A DNA stretch of 53,022 bases, counting the filler, from Stramenopiles sp. TOSAG23-6 (taxonomy: Eukaryota): assembly GCA_900128565.1 (NCBI GenBank). It is 3 parts of 3 records of this genome, joined end to end, with 100 filler letters (N's around TTAATTAATTAA, not from the genome) between each part and the next. Parts side by side here need not be neighbours in the genome. Positions count along the whole stretch, not along the records: positions 17,835 to 35,406 come from LT636077.1; positions 35,507 to 53,022 come from LT636078.1; 1 more part is not named here. One strand, 5' to 3'. Positions 31,001 through 41,304 of the stretch are shown one piece after another. A program made the position numbers and the translations under genes. Every line of letters begins with the position of its first letter. The stretch's first letter is position 1. Under the pieces are notes generated by a model. The model was given only the letters and a program-made list of their open reading frames with translations, was not told where the DNA came from and did no database searches.

Positions 31001-33501
31001 AATCTGCACTTGAGATTCAGTCTAGAATAATATCAAGTTTTCCTACGTTTCCCCAATTATACGAAGTGATATTTGATGCTGCAGTTGTTCTCTGTTTATC
31101 AGGTAGTTATGTTCAAGGTAGGCAATATTACTCTTATGTTTCAGGAGAAAAACCACATGGTCTCTCTGAGGAGGCAATAGTTTTCCAGATAGCACGCAGC
31201 TATGAGCTGGAGGGAAAAGAATCGGAATCGACATCCGCATTTATTGCATTGTTTCGTGCTCAACGTAAGTTGGGTAAAATAAGACGAGACATTTCTTTTG
31301 AAAAATGGTTTTGGGGTAAAACTTTATGGGAACAATTTGGGGATTTTTATATGGCACGTCATGTCTTTTCCCTTGGAGCAGATTGCTACTATGAGGCAAT
31401 GCGACGCGTGACTGGTGAAACCACTGATATCCCTCTTCTATTTAAATTAGGTAATGCATATTATCGGACACATCAAAATGAACCAGCAAAACAATGTGCT
31501 GAATCAGTTTTGGTTGAGAATCCATTCCATAGAGAGGCAAGAAACAAACTGGTTCTTTGGGACCCTGATCATCGTGGGAAAAAAATAAAAGAGCAAGATA
31601 CATCACTAAGTAAAGTTCAAGGAATGATCCGAAGAAGAATGGCTGTCGTACTCCGTAAAAAACGATCCCGTGCAGCAGAATGTATGCGGAGATGTGGCCG
31701 GAGATGGGTAGCACGTCGAAAACTTAAGTTAGCTAAAGAAGCACTCAATGTATTATATGGTCAGTGGATGGAAGTAGCGTGTCAAGAGAGTAGAAAGAAT
31801 GAGAAAATGAAAGCATTTATAAGAAAACTTCAAGGCAGCCAAATACATGATTGCTATGCAAATTGGAAAACTTATATTATTATACGCCGATCAATGAAGC
31901 GAGCTGCACTTCCATGTTTTTTTGCATGGAAAAATGAGTGGATCAAGAAAAAATCAAAAATTAAACATATGAAAAATAATATGCTTCGTTTCCAAATGAT
32001 GATGGGTGGAAAATTGATAAACACGNGTTTTAAAGCGTGGAAAGAATATACAAATAAGTGTTTGCACGCAAAGGCACTAGTTAAGCGTCAACTTAATCAG
32101 AGTCTGTATAAATGTCTCTGTGCATGGCATACATGGGCCGAAGAAAAAGGTAAAATACGAAGAATAAAAGAGGCCGAAGAAGAAAGAAAATATCAGCGTA
32201 AGAGAGAGAAACAATTATTTATAGAAGAACAACAGCGGAGAGCTATAGCAAGAGCTAAACGCGAAGCAGAAGCATTAATTGCCAAGCAAGAAGCGGAAGC
32301 AGAGGCAGCTTGGTTAGCATCAAATATGGAAAAGGTAGAAAAACATCGGCGGAAAATTGGATCATTATTTTGTAAAACTTGTTTTGAGCACTGGAAACTG
32401 TTCCATGAAGGTTGGGGGAAATTTGCACTTGTAATCCGAAAGCAAACACATAGAGAATTGAAAGTCTGGATGAGCAAGTGGAAGCAATTTACAACAGCTT
32501 CACGCGATGCGGAGAACCTAATTATATACCGAACAGCTCGCTTTGGTAGCGCTCGTTATTTTGATTGGTTCGAAATCATCGATGAGGGAAGGGCCAATGA
32601 AAAGCATATTCATTCTGCAATAGTAATGCAGCGAGGGTGGCGACACATGCGTCAAATAATGTTGTGGCGTAAGTACGTTTATCATGTAGTGGATCAGCTA
32701 AACTACCATGTGAAGAATCTTCAACGTGTGTGGCGAGGAAAACAAGCACGTAAAAGATTTAGAAAATCTATACCTGGAATCGCGTTGTTAGAAATTCAGC
32801 GAATGGCTCGTGGTCATCTTGCACGGCGTCGTATTACTGGGGAGAAGAATAGCATACGAACATTTTGGGCAGCGTTGATGCTGAAAGAGCTTGGTATTCC
32901 GCCAAAATTAACAAAAAATTTGGAACCGAATAGTTTGCTTGTAAATCGTGTACATGAACAATTTCCCCTTCAATACCCGGGTCGATTGCGTGGCCTTAAT
33001 CCTGATGCAGGTCCTGAAGGTCCTCTGCTTAAAACACCGGAAATTTTTCTGGAATTTCAGGATAAAATCGAAAGAGAAACTGACAGTGACGACTGGAAAG
33101 TGCGATTAGAAACGCAATCCAAAAGAGATAGAATATTGACTGCGCGTATGAAAAAACGAGGTCTGCCTGGTATTATGAAGAAGCGTAAACAGAATGCGTT
33201 GAGAGCATCACCGATCAATGATATTCTTCCTGAGTGTACATTCAGTAGAGGCAGTACAGTAATTGCTTCGTATATGGCACCATCAATACGTGAAAAGAAA
33301 TCAATGATCAAAAAGCATCGTAAGATGTACAGAGATACAGGCTTTACTGGTAATATAAGGCACGATGAAGGGTTAGAGAAAACAATCGCTTCTTTACATA
33401 AAAGGCGTAGAAAAGAAAATCCAAAACATTTTAAAAAAAGGAGACGACGAAACAATCGAAGTCAACGTGAACTTATTAAATTACTTAAATCAATTCAATA
33501 A
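28060..33501 (+). CDS. 1813-aa protein: GYDTG repeats, 2 WW domains, IQ motifs, TPR region, Sfi1-like repeats
   Basis: WTEYWDENGQAFYWYNNQTGESTYDNP; WVRCWD..YYFYNLDSNESSWDPP; LQACIR, LQRVWRG, IQRMARG; FKAWKEY and LCAWHTW repeats. Confidence 0.8.
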   Translation: MADDSGYAEGNFNYYEEKVSAYQGNGGGYDSVGYDDTTAAYDSMYDDTVGGGYETGGGGGYDTGDSGGYDTGAGGGYDTGDGYDTGYDXGDGAVYDTGGYDTTAGYDSVYDGADVYDTDTVAYDSTYNTIPYDSDVQYPYTSQDDDIVSSSPWTEYWDENGQAFYWYNNQTGESTYDNPFTTMLKTAETSEEFESDDNKLEVRIRAQEAQSMVFKTSKNIVDKTXATVRNMEDSERNIRIPHNIPLFMQEEQVXGSEDPRCLWSFENFNMDGLDLNFEILDTKRFIGGHECKIKVEIYLQDEKAQLVFKLKDAFLRSHSCKLYKEEIEAVTMFQDPDLTLPXLQWELIHKLCDMLTFTSSKNDQKKKRLVVQSMSYXPNIERNESKDESKGDVQIEDHEGQFNRKKQVPENDVQIEDYEGQLDRKKQFLANKMLTVEEKALKRWVRCWDNTNSAYYFYNLDSNESSWDPPEGWSDDCKASSEIFVKACLRLQACIRAFRTRKKKAELWEYKQEXRSQRLGISEVILGLGGDSKNGQYETRSVRTKSDVSKNETVPRLEPHIYENDPRLHWGLQNFSGTFFLLETKRFIAGMEVNLSLEMILNKLVFTITDQYLKVFTLKILKWEIEELIKDDWPDLLWPDSRWLMVHKLCDMVTFVVGKQDRRKRKPCFQHIQHEREQGSLRKSNKLSSVGGRFPLAENIDTKEVQVEKKQKDTLIDTKATVHVAQKEMKMTSRKSKINQDDKTLTTNFTIVIHRVPAGNKGLLIHARNNETIQVTTLQVDRKAVSQALDISVLEAALLEKTDIVNKKSQKHLKMLVDMAVLRANPFDRRKNIIXLISKEKQIAEQKAAEAEKLEKQKRIEETKAXPLRLAGVGLDGIKKKSYLSKFRMAATLARTMRKPLTKEEKLALAEQKRKKRLANEMAFRMLGKSLYNKWLKKDDFNLLERAFKSYEKGMASIESATNPKNLYALSRVYMAYASYQSALEIQSRIISSFPTFPQLYEVIFDAAVVLCLSGSYVQGRQYYSYVSGEKPHGLSEEAIVFQIARSYELEGKESESTSAFIALFRAQRKLGKIRRDISFEKWFWGKTLWEQFGDFYMARHVFSLGADCYYEAMRRVTGETTDIPLLFKLGNAYYRTHQNEPAKQCAESVLVENPFHREARNKLVLWDPDHRGKKIKEQDTSLSKVQGMIRRRMAVVLRKKRSRAAECMRRCGRRWVARRKLKLAKEALNVLYGQWMEVACQESRKNEKMKAFIRKLQGSQIHDCYANWKTYIIIRRSMKRAALPCFFAWKNEWIKKKSKIKHMKNNMLRFQMMMGGKLINTXFKAWKEYTNKCLHAKALVKRQLNQSLYKCLCAWHTWAEEKGKIRRIKEAEEERKYQRKREKQLFIEEQQRRAIARAKREAEALIAKQEAEAEAAWLASNMEKVEKHRRKIGSLFCKTCFEHWKLFHEGWGKFALVIRKQTHRELKVWMSKWKQFTTASRDAENLIIYRTARFGSARYFDWFEIIDEGRANEKHIHSAIVMQRGWRHMRQIMLWRKYVYHVVDQLNYHVKNLQRVWRGKQARKRFRKSIPGIALLEIQRMARGHLARRRITGEKNSIRTFWAALMLKELGIPPKLTKNLEPNSLLVNRVHEQFPLQYPGRLRGLNPDAGPEGPLLKTPEIFLEFQDKIERETDSDDWKVRLETQSKRDRILTARMKKRGLPGIMKKRKQNALRASPINDILPECTFSRGSTVIASYMAPSIREKKSMIKKHRKMYRDTGFTGNIRHDEGLEKTIASLHKRRRKENPKHFKKRRRRNNRSQRELIKLLKSIQ

Positions 33502-33628
33502 AATGACCAACAAACATCTTTTAATTATTTTGACTCCTTCCATTTTTTATAAATAAAGGTTTTCGTAAAACAAAAAAACATATTATTACTTTATATCAAG
33601 AGCAGAAATATTTTGTTTGCTTTTTCAA

Positions 33629-35039
33629 TTAGTAACCTTTTTCTTTCTTTTTTCTATTTTTTCGTTGTTTCCTCCATTTTTTGGTCATTTTCTCCTTACT
33701 TATGTATACATCGCCATCTTCCCAACTAGCCCCGGATGGACGAATACTAACATATCTNTCCATACCAATTCCTCTACTACAACTACTCAATCCATTCGTT
33801 GCAGCAGCCTCGTGCACACATTTTCGTTGTCTACTAGTAAGAGTGCTTGGAAATGTTTTTTCCAAAGTTTTCGAAGTTTCTACAGATTTATTGTTACACA
33901 AAGCAGCAAATTCTTCAATTTCTTTAACATAAACTTTCGTCATATTTTCATCTTGAGCTGCAGTTAAAATCCCTTNAGCTAAAGCTCGTTGTTTTGCTTC
34001 ATCTACAAGTGCAGCAAATTCTTCACTTGTCACGTGAGAACTTGTTGTGAATGAAGGAGGAGAAAATTCAATACCACATTGTGAAAGCAATACTTGTAAA
34101 GTAAATGCAGCATCATTTGCCCCATTATGCAACTTATCAGTCTTAACGCCGTGTAATTTTGCAAGTGTTTTGAGACTTTGCTGTTTACTACTTTTGCTAT
34201 CTCTTTCAGCATGTTTTTTCTTTAAATATTCAAAACGAGCTAGTACTTTTGAATCATCTTTACCTCCAAGACGAAGTTTTGTTGCTAATGCCTTTATCAT
34301 TCGGCGTTCAGCAAGTCGCTGATTTTTCATTTTGTTTCCGTATGCTAAAGCTATAACTTGAGTATCAATTAATTTTCTTGTTATAGACTTGTGCATTTGA
34401 TTCTCAGATTCGTTTTGAATGTTATCTTCGCCCATTTCTGTAGTATCAAAACTAACACCAATAGACTTTAACCACTTAATATCCCCTGACACAGCATGAC
34501 CTACAATGTAATCTGCACTTTTCAATTCTGTACTTACCTCTTTGATTGCACTTTTAAGTGGTAATATTTCAGAGTCCCCAAAGAGAAAATGATCTCGATT
34601 ATCGTCGACATATCTTCCATTAGTCAGTGCTAAATGTTCCATAATGATTATATGACGATGCTCAAAAACACCANCTGATNGGGNTTTTTTCANAANAAGN
34701 TAGACCAATCTCGGTAACGTATTTCGAGTCCATTTCCCATGCTTCAACGTCTATGGCAACAAATCTTAATCTTTTGTCATTACTGGTTGATTTCTGAAGA
34801 GCTCTGAGCCTATTCTCAAGTTCAGCTAATGTTTTCTTGGATGATGCAAGCTGCCTCCTTTTCTTTTCCTGTCTTTTTAATTCCTTCATTGCCTTTTTTT
34901 CTTCCTTTGTTCGACGGCGCCGTCCCCTGGGGGATTTTTTTAGCAACAGTGCTCTACTACGTTTTCGATATAGCATCGCAAATACTGCTATTGTTACCCC
35001 GGCTGTAAAAAATACGCCAACCTTTCGGGTAAAGTTCAT
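33629..35039 (-). CDS. DEDDh 3'-5' exonuclease (Gfd2-like) with C-terminal R3H domain; apparent frameshift at Ns 34674-34700
   Basis: FVAIDVEAWE..VTEIGL, FLFGDSE, VGHAVSGDI, IDTQ, LHNGANDA; LTSRQRKCVHEAA; N-terminal hydrophobic anchor. Confidence 0.8.
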
Positions 35040-35406
35040 ATTCTAAACACCAAACAAAAATACAAGCATTACTATTTCAACGTTCCCTAGGAAGTGTTCG
35101 TATAGTATTTTCGTATCCAGGAAGTGGTAGGCTTACGTAGATGCAAAGATAGAATCTGCTTATGATTTCTCACGAGGGATAGTATTCAATCAAGAATGAT
35201 TTAATCTTGTCCTTTCAGATTGCGATTTTTATATATTAAATTAATAATAATTCGTTGATGCTGATGATGCCACCAACTTTGTGGAAATCCCGAATCGTTT
35301 ACGTTACGTTTTTTAGACGTGTCAAATTTCGTCTTATCGATCGATACTACTTATGTAAAATAGTATAGAACATTGTACCTTGAAATTATAATGCATCAAT
35401 GAAGTT

Positions 35407-35506
35407 NNNNNNNNNNNNNNNNNNNNNNNNNNNNNNNNNNNNNNNNNNNNTTAATTAATTAANNNNNNNNNNNNNNNNNNNNNNNNNNNNNNNNNNNNNN
35501 NNNNNN
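35407..35506. other. Artificial contig spacer
   Basis: 44 N + TTAATTAATTAA + 44 N. Confidence 0.95.
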
Positions 35507-35640
35507 TATACTAAAATATATTTACATTTATTACAAAAAACTACAGATTAAAAAATATTGTTTTCGATCTTTGACCTTCAACATTATTTTTATACGCAGA
35601 TATATATATACTAAAATATATTTACATTTATTACAAAAAA

Positions 35641-38600
35641 CTACAGATTAAAAAATATTGTTTTCGATCTTTGACCTTCAACATTATTTTTATACGCAGA
35701 TATATATATACCATACTTTCTAAATTTTTCTAGTCCTTCCAAAAGATACTTATGAAAATTAGTAGGACTGAAAACAACTGCATGATCGATCCTCCACCGT
35801 TTAGTGTCAACTTCCTCTATAAATATTGCAAATTTTGTTACAAATTGTGCTGACATTTTAAATGTTACCACTGCACCTAATTTTGAAACGTGCACAACTA
35901 CATTATTTGGTTTTGTAGAATGAAATTTCGTATCTAATGAATTTCGAATTTGTTGGGTGTCAACGTCTGACACTACTTCTTTGGCATTGTCCTTACGTTT
36001 GGTTTTATCATTGGTTTCATATCTATTTTTAAGCACCTGACCTACCCATGTAATATTCAATAAGGAAAAATCACTACGACCATATATATTTGAAGCAGTT
36101 ACACGAAAAGCGTATCTACGACCGAGTTGTAATCCATTGACCACAAGTGGGCTATTGAGTCCCTCGGATGCAACAACATCAGATATAAACACAGTATACA
36201 TGGTAATGGGGGCACTTCCATTTGATATCGGCTGACTAAATGAGACAATACCTCGATCTCCTTCACATTTTACGAATACATCTGTAGGAGGCAATGGAAC
36301 TGAAGAAACAAAAATATTCTTACTATTGGACATCTCACTTCCACCTGCAGAATTATACGCGCGAAGAGATACAGAATACATTTCATCAAGCAAAAGACCT
36401 AACTTTTCAATTTTATATGAAAGATCATTTGGGGCTGTACTTTTTGTAACTATCTCTACAAATGAAACATCCTCTTTTTTTTTTCTTATTATTATTGATA
36501 AAACGTATTTAGTTACAGCATCCCCACCATCATTAGTTGAAGGCTCAAAAAATACGACGATGCCAGATTGTGATTTAATTTGTTTGACACTCAAAATATT
36601 TGGTGCAAGAGGGACACCAAAAGGAATATACAATGATACTACATCACTTGATGGACCATGTCCAACAGAGTTGAAGGACTGCACAGTAAATAGACATCTA
36701 ACATCTCGAGGAAAATTTGGTATATCAATAATTGATGTCAAAGAAGTCTCCAGTGTTTTGGTAATTGTTACAGTGTTTTCTTCAACATAAGTGTGACCTT
36801 TATTTCGAAGGCGATCACATTTCCAATGTATAATATGTCCTAATAATTCTGTACTTGAAGATGGTTTTGGTACAATTAAATTTGTCTTGTGAAAAATTTG
36901 GACTCGCACGGTCGCGGGATCTTTTGAATCCGTCAAAAAAGAGGCTTCTACTTTATGTGCCTTCAATGGTAACTTTGTGTCAGACTTTGTGCATATACCT
37001 GATACTGTATTTTTATCATACAACCAGGATCCATGAGTTGATTTACCTTCATTTATTGCTGTTGCTTTAGACCACATTGCACATTTATTTGACATGCCAG
37101 GAATTATATATTCACCATTAAAATAAGTATAAACATAACACCAGTGGTACATATTACATAGCTTTGCACACAGTACACTTGATGAAGAATTTTGCCATTT
37201 ACCAATTGTCATTTCATCTTTAGCGTTTGCATTGAAATACATAACCTTTGAACAATTATCAGGCAATTCAGAATCTCGAGCATATTGACAATGACCAACA
37301 GTAGCACCATCCTGGGGAAACCATGAGTTTGAATCAAATCTATTGTGTGAAGTAGCTTCAACATCATCCCAAATAACACAACGCTGTTTCCATATATCAG
37401 CAATTTTTGAATGGCCGTTACCATGAAACGTAAACATTCGACATTGATTTTCTTTACAGTATTTGATACAGCCAGTAATGGATACATATTTTGGAAACAT
37501 AACTGGGTCTAATTTCTTAAAAAGTACAGCACTATGATTAAATGTGTATGTATTTTGGAAAAATATTTGAAAAAAACCCGTTAGGTACAAAATTTCGTAC
37601 GAAAAAACATCGAATTTGAAAAAAAATAAAACATACATGAACATTTTGGTGTTGCAGGTATAGCTTTAATTTGTCTAGAATGGATACTTCGGCCTACTTC
37701 ATTAATACTCGAGACATATACGAAATATTCTTTATCGTCTTGTAGATTTTCTATTATCCAGCCTTCATTTACTGGAGGAGCATTAGGTACATGAATATGC
37801 TGCATTTCACCAGATATCCCAAATTGATAAGATATTTGATACTTTTTAATCGGATTGCCACCATTGTGTAGAGGTGGTTCAAAGAAAACGTACAATATAT
37901 TAGATCCAGGAATTACTTTTACATTCATGGGTGCACCAGGTAGCGCAGGAGGTCTCTTTGATATTGATCGTTTTCCTCGTCCTAATTGATTTGATGCATC
38001 AATAAAGAATATATATGATTTATTGACTAATAATTCTTCTATATCAACTGGACTGCCAATTGTTTTTATTGTTTTTACATCAGTCTCACCCCGAGTCCAA
38101 AAGGTCACAAAATATTCTATAATAGGATAGCCACCATTGTATTCCGGTGGTTCAAAATAAACAGTAGTTTTCCCATACCCTGGTTTACTTCTTTGAATTG
38201 GAGTAATATGAGTAATATTTGGTTGACTCGGTGTTGAATATGTTGTCTTTACAAAAACATTATGAGATAGTTTACTCATACCAATGATATTAATAGCTCG
38301 TATAGTGATCTCATATATTGTGTTATTATCTAAATTTTTTATTAATACAGAATGATGTAAAGGATCAGCCGCTGTCGTTGAATTTGCTTTATTTTCTATA
38401 TTTGCTACATTTAAATGATTTATAATAGTATTTCTCTCTTTTGTATTCGTATAAATTATATAAGATGTGACTTCTCGGAGACCAAATGATTTTGGAACAT
38501 CGAAAAAAATCTTTACACTGTTTGATCGTGGTATTGCACGAAGATTTCGTGGAGGTGATAAATTGTGAAAATATATATACATTTGTTTTCGTTTTAAAAA

Positions 38601-41150
38601 CAATCATTAAAAATGAATAAAAAGAAATGTAGGTGCAACATTCATTTTTTGTACAAACATACATGGTACTGTGGGTTTACGAAATGGATTTAAGTATAAA
38701 TTCCGACGTCTTCCTTTTTTGTTTATCTGAAATTCAACTTGTCGAATCCATACATTAAATCCTTCTCCAGAAACGAAAATACTGCTGTCATCATGTATTG
38801 TGAAAAAAAAATATAAAATTTGTTAGGTACAAAATTTTTATAAAAAAAAAAAATAAATTCGAAATTGAAAAAAAAATAACATACACCTGTATCAATACTT
38901 TTTCCAGAATCTGCATATATTATTTGTTTTGTTCGTACGGTCACACCATCTTTATCTGGGATGCCTTCATCTAAATATACGACAAGTGACTTTGATTTAT
39001 GGGAATAAATACAACCAGCAGATTCCAATGTATTTTGGAAAAATATTTCAAAAAAATATCGTTAGGTACAAAATTTACTATAAAAAAAAACTCATACAAA
39101 AAAAAAATAATACATACATGAGTCGACACTTCGATGATGAGATGCAAATTGATCCATTGGTGAATCTTCCAGTTCATCAAAACAGCTACTTTCAAGCATC
39201 GTGCGATTAAATATCCCGAAATAATTTCCATTTGTAGAAGAAAACATTATTTGATTATATGGAACATGATCAAATCGACGACTAAAACTATTTTGAGATT
39301 CAGGGTCGTCTTCAAAATCACCATGTATTGTAGAAAAAAATATTTTTAAAAAATTCGTTAAGTACAAAATTTCGTACGAAAAAAAAAATAAATTCATTAT
39401 GAAAACGTACATACTCTTCAGAACCATTGAGTGCATCAGATGCAATATGCCACTTTGGATATGCTGGGGAAAAGTGCAAATACAATGGTAATTCTGATGG
39501 AGAATACAAAGTATCCATTAGTGTCATCGTAGACATTTTTGATACATTATTGTTTTGTATTTTACGTAATATCATACCATTCTCAATGCCTTCATTTTCA
39601 GCTTTGGAGTTTTCAATTACAGACGTTACTACGAAGCCATATGAATCCGTGGATTCAATAGTACATCCTATATCAAGGATACCGGTAGGTGAATTTATTT
39701 CAACTTCAATGAAACTAGTACTAGAAAAACGAAACGACGTGTCATTATTATNATCCTTATTATTATTATCAAACATATCAAAATCTGTTAAATGTGCGCG
39801 CCGGACAAGAGCCCATCCACCACCATCTAGTGTACCATCAGCTGCACTACCCGTTAAAGGAATCGTTGGAGTAGTAAAATCCATAATAAAATACGGTTTG
39901 GCACATTCTAGGTAACTAATGTCCTGACATGGTTTTGGAATCTTTGTTGAACAAATGAGTAATGCAAAATCGGAATGCAAAGCTCCTCCTTCCAGCCCAT
40001 TGACAGAGATTTCCCCCCACGTTCCTGGAGTAGCAACATTTAACTGATCAACATCAATTGAAGAAGAATGGCATAATCGATCACTATGTTTTGGTTTGCC
40101 TTCAATAGCATAAATAACAGTTGGTAATGGAAATTGTGGATCACTATCAGGTACGAAATACTTGAAAACAACAAATGAACTTCTTATTCTCTTCACGCGA
40201 ACACCACGTACATTTTGTGGTGGTCTTTCCACTTTACCAGAAAGACAAAAATTGGGACGTTTACAACTTAAATCAACCGGGTCAGGAAAATCATCCCAAA
40301 CACGATTTGCATTAATTCTTTTTTTTACCCGAATTCCCGACATGGACATTATTTCCCAGCAATATTGCCATCCTTCAAATGCACCATCTTGCCAATAAAA
40401 TTTGCGGATTAAAATATTTTCAAAACCAAATGAAGCTTTGCCTTCTCTTTTACGCTGTTCTTGCTCTTCACGAAAAAAACTATTTTCTTCGTTTTTTGCA
40501 CGCAAATCTTCTTCTTTAGTAAATTTTCTACTCGATGTAGTTTGACTCTCATCATACCGAGCTCTCTTTTCAGGATCCTTTAAGATTTCATACGCTTCAG
40601 AGATTTTAATGAACATTTCATTTGCATATTCTTTATCTTCACCTGGTTTGATTTTATCAGGATGCCATCGTAGCGCAAGAGTTTTATACGCTTTTTTGAT
40701 TTCTTTTAATGTTGCCGTTTTCTCTACCCCAAGTATTATATACGCATCATCATCATCATCATCCATTTTATCCATTTTTTCCTTTGTGACTTCGACATCT
40801 TCTTCAATACGCTGAAGGAATATTTGTAAATATTTTGGACCTCCTTCTGTCATCCAACCTAATAATTGTTTGGCATTGATACAATCATATTTTGCCTTTT
40901 CCCAGAAATTCATTTGTAAATAAATTTGTGCACGAATTAGGTGTAATTCTGCACATATTTCACGATTATCCTGATCAACATTTACGAGAGCTCCACTTCC
41001 AAGAAAAATGTGAATAGCTTTACTACAATCTTCTATCCCCTCATTTGTAACTTTATTTCCATTTTTAATTATCTCGTGTCTGACTTTACAAGATTTTACT
41101 AATAAATTTTGTCTCGTAAGAAATGAAATATGATTACCTCCTAAAAGTTG
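35641..41150 (-). CDS. TPR + DnaJ + PDZ-like + FN3/PAN-like multidomain protein, 5' end unresolved; exons ~41150..39411, 39322..39118, 39027..38885, 38792..38663, 38557..37637, 37547..35641
   Basis: [23 protein letters not shown]-domain; FN3 starts [38 protein letters not shown]; all five junctions keep frame. Confidence 0.8.
37548..37636 (-). mobile_element. Non-canonical repeated intron (GT..AT, 89 nt, phase 1)
   Basis: TCAT|GTATGT..GTACCTAAC..AAAATACAT|AC gives KCSYTFNH. Confidence 0.85.
38558..38662 (-). mobile_element. Non-canonical repeated intron, diverged (GT..TTTAT, 105 nt, phase 1)
   Basis: CCAT|GTATGT..GCACCTAC..CACAATTTAT|CA gives the FN3 start TVPSPPRNL. Confidence 0.8.
38793..38884 (-). 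mobile_element. Non-canonical repeated intron (GT..AT, 92 nt, phase 0; upstream exon ends GT)
   Basis: GGT|GTATGT..GTACCTAAC..CAATACAT|GAT. Confidence 0.85.
39028..39117 (-). mobile_element. Non-canonical repeated intron (GT..AT, 90 nt, phase 1)
   Basis: TCAT|GTATGT..GTACCTAAC..AAAATACAT|TG gives VDSLESAG. Confidence 0.85.
39323..39410 (-). mobile_element. Non-canonical repeated intron (GT..AT, 88 nt, phase 0)
   Basis: TAT|GTACGT..GTACTTAAC..CAATACAT|GGT gives NGSEEYGDF. Confidence 0.85.
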
Positions 41151-41304
41151 TTTGTAATAAATGTAAATATAATTTTTTTTAAAATTTAATGTAAATATAA
41201 AATGTAATGTAAAATGCAAAATGAAGTGCGTAAAAAATAAAAAGACGGCGCAGAATCGAACTGCGTTGTATAATTTGATTATAGCAGTTCGACTAAAAAT
41301 ATTG

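Noticed and set aside
34662-34747. Frameshift in the DEDDh nuclease
   Set aside because: Coincides with several Ns and homopolymers; probable consensus error.
35507-35710. 100-nt tandem duplication
   Set aside because: Exact copy at a contig end bounded by TA runs; probable assembly artefact.
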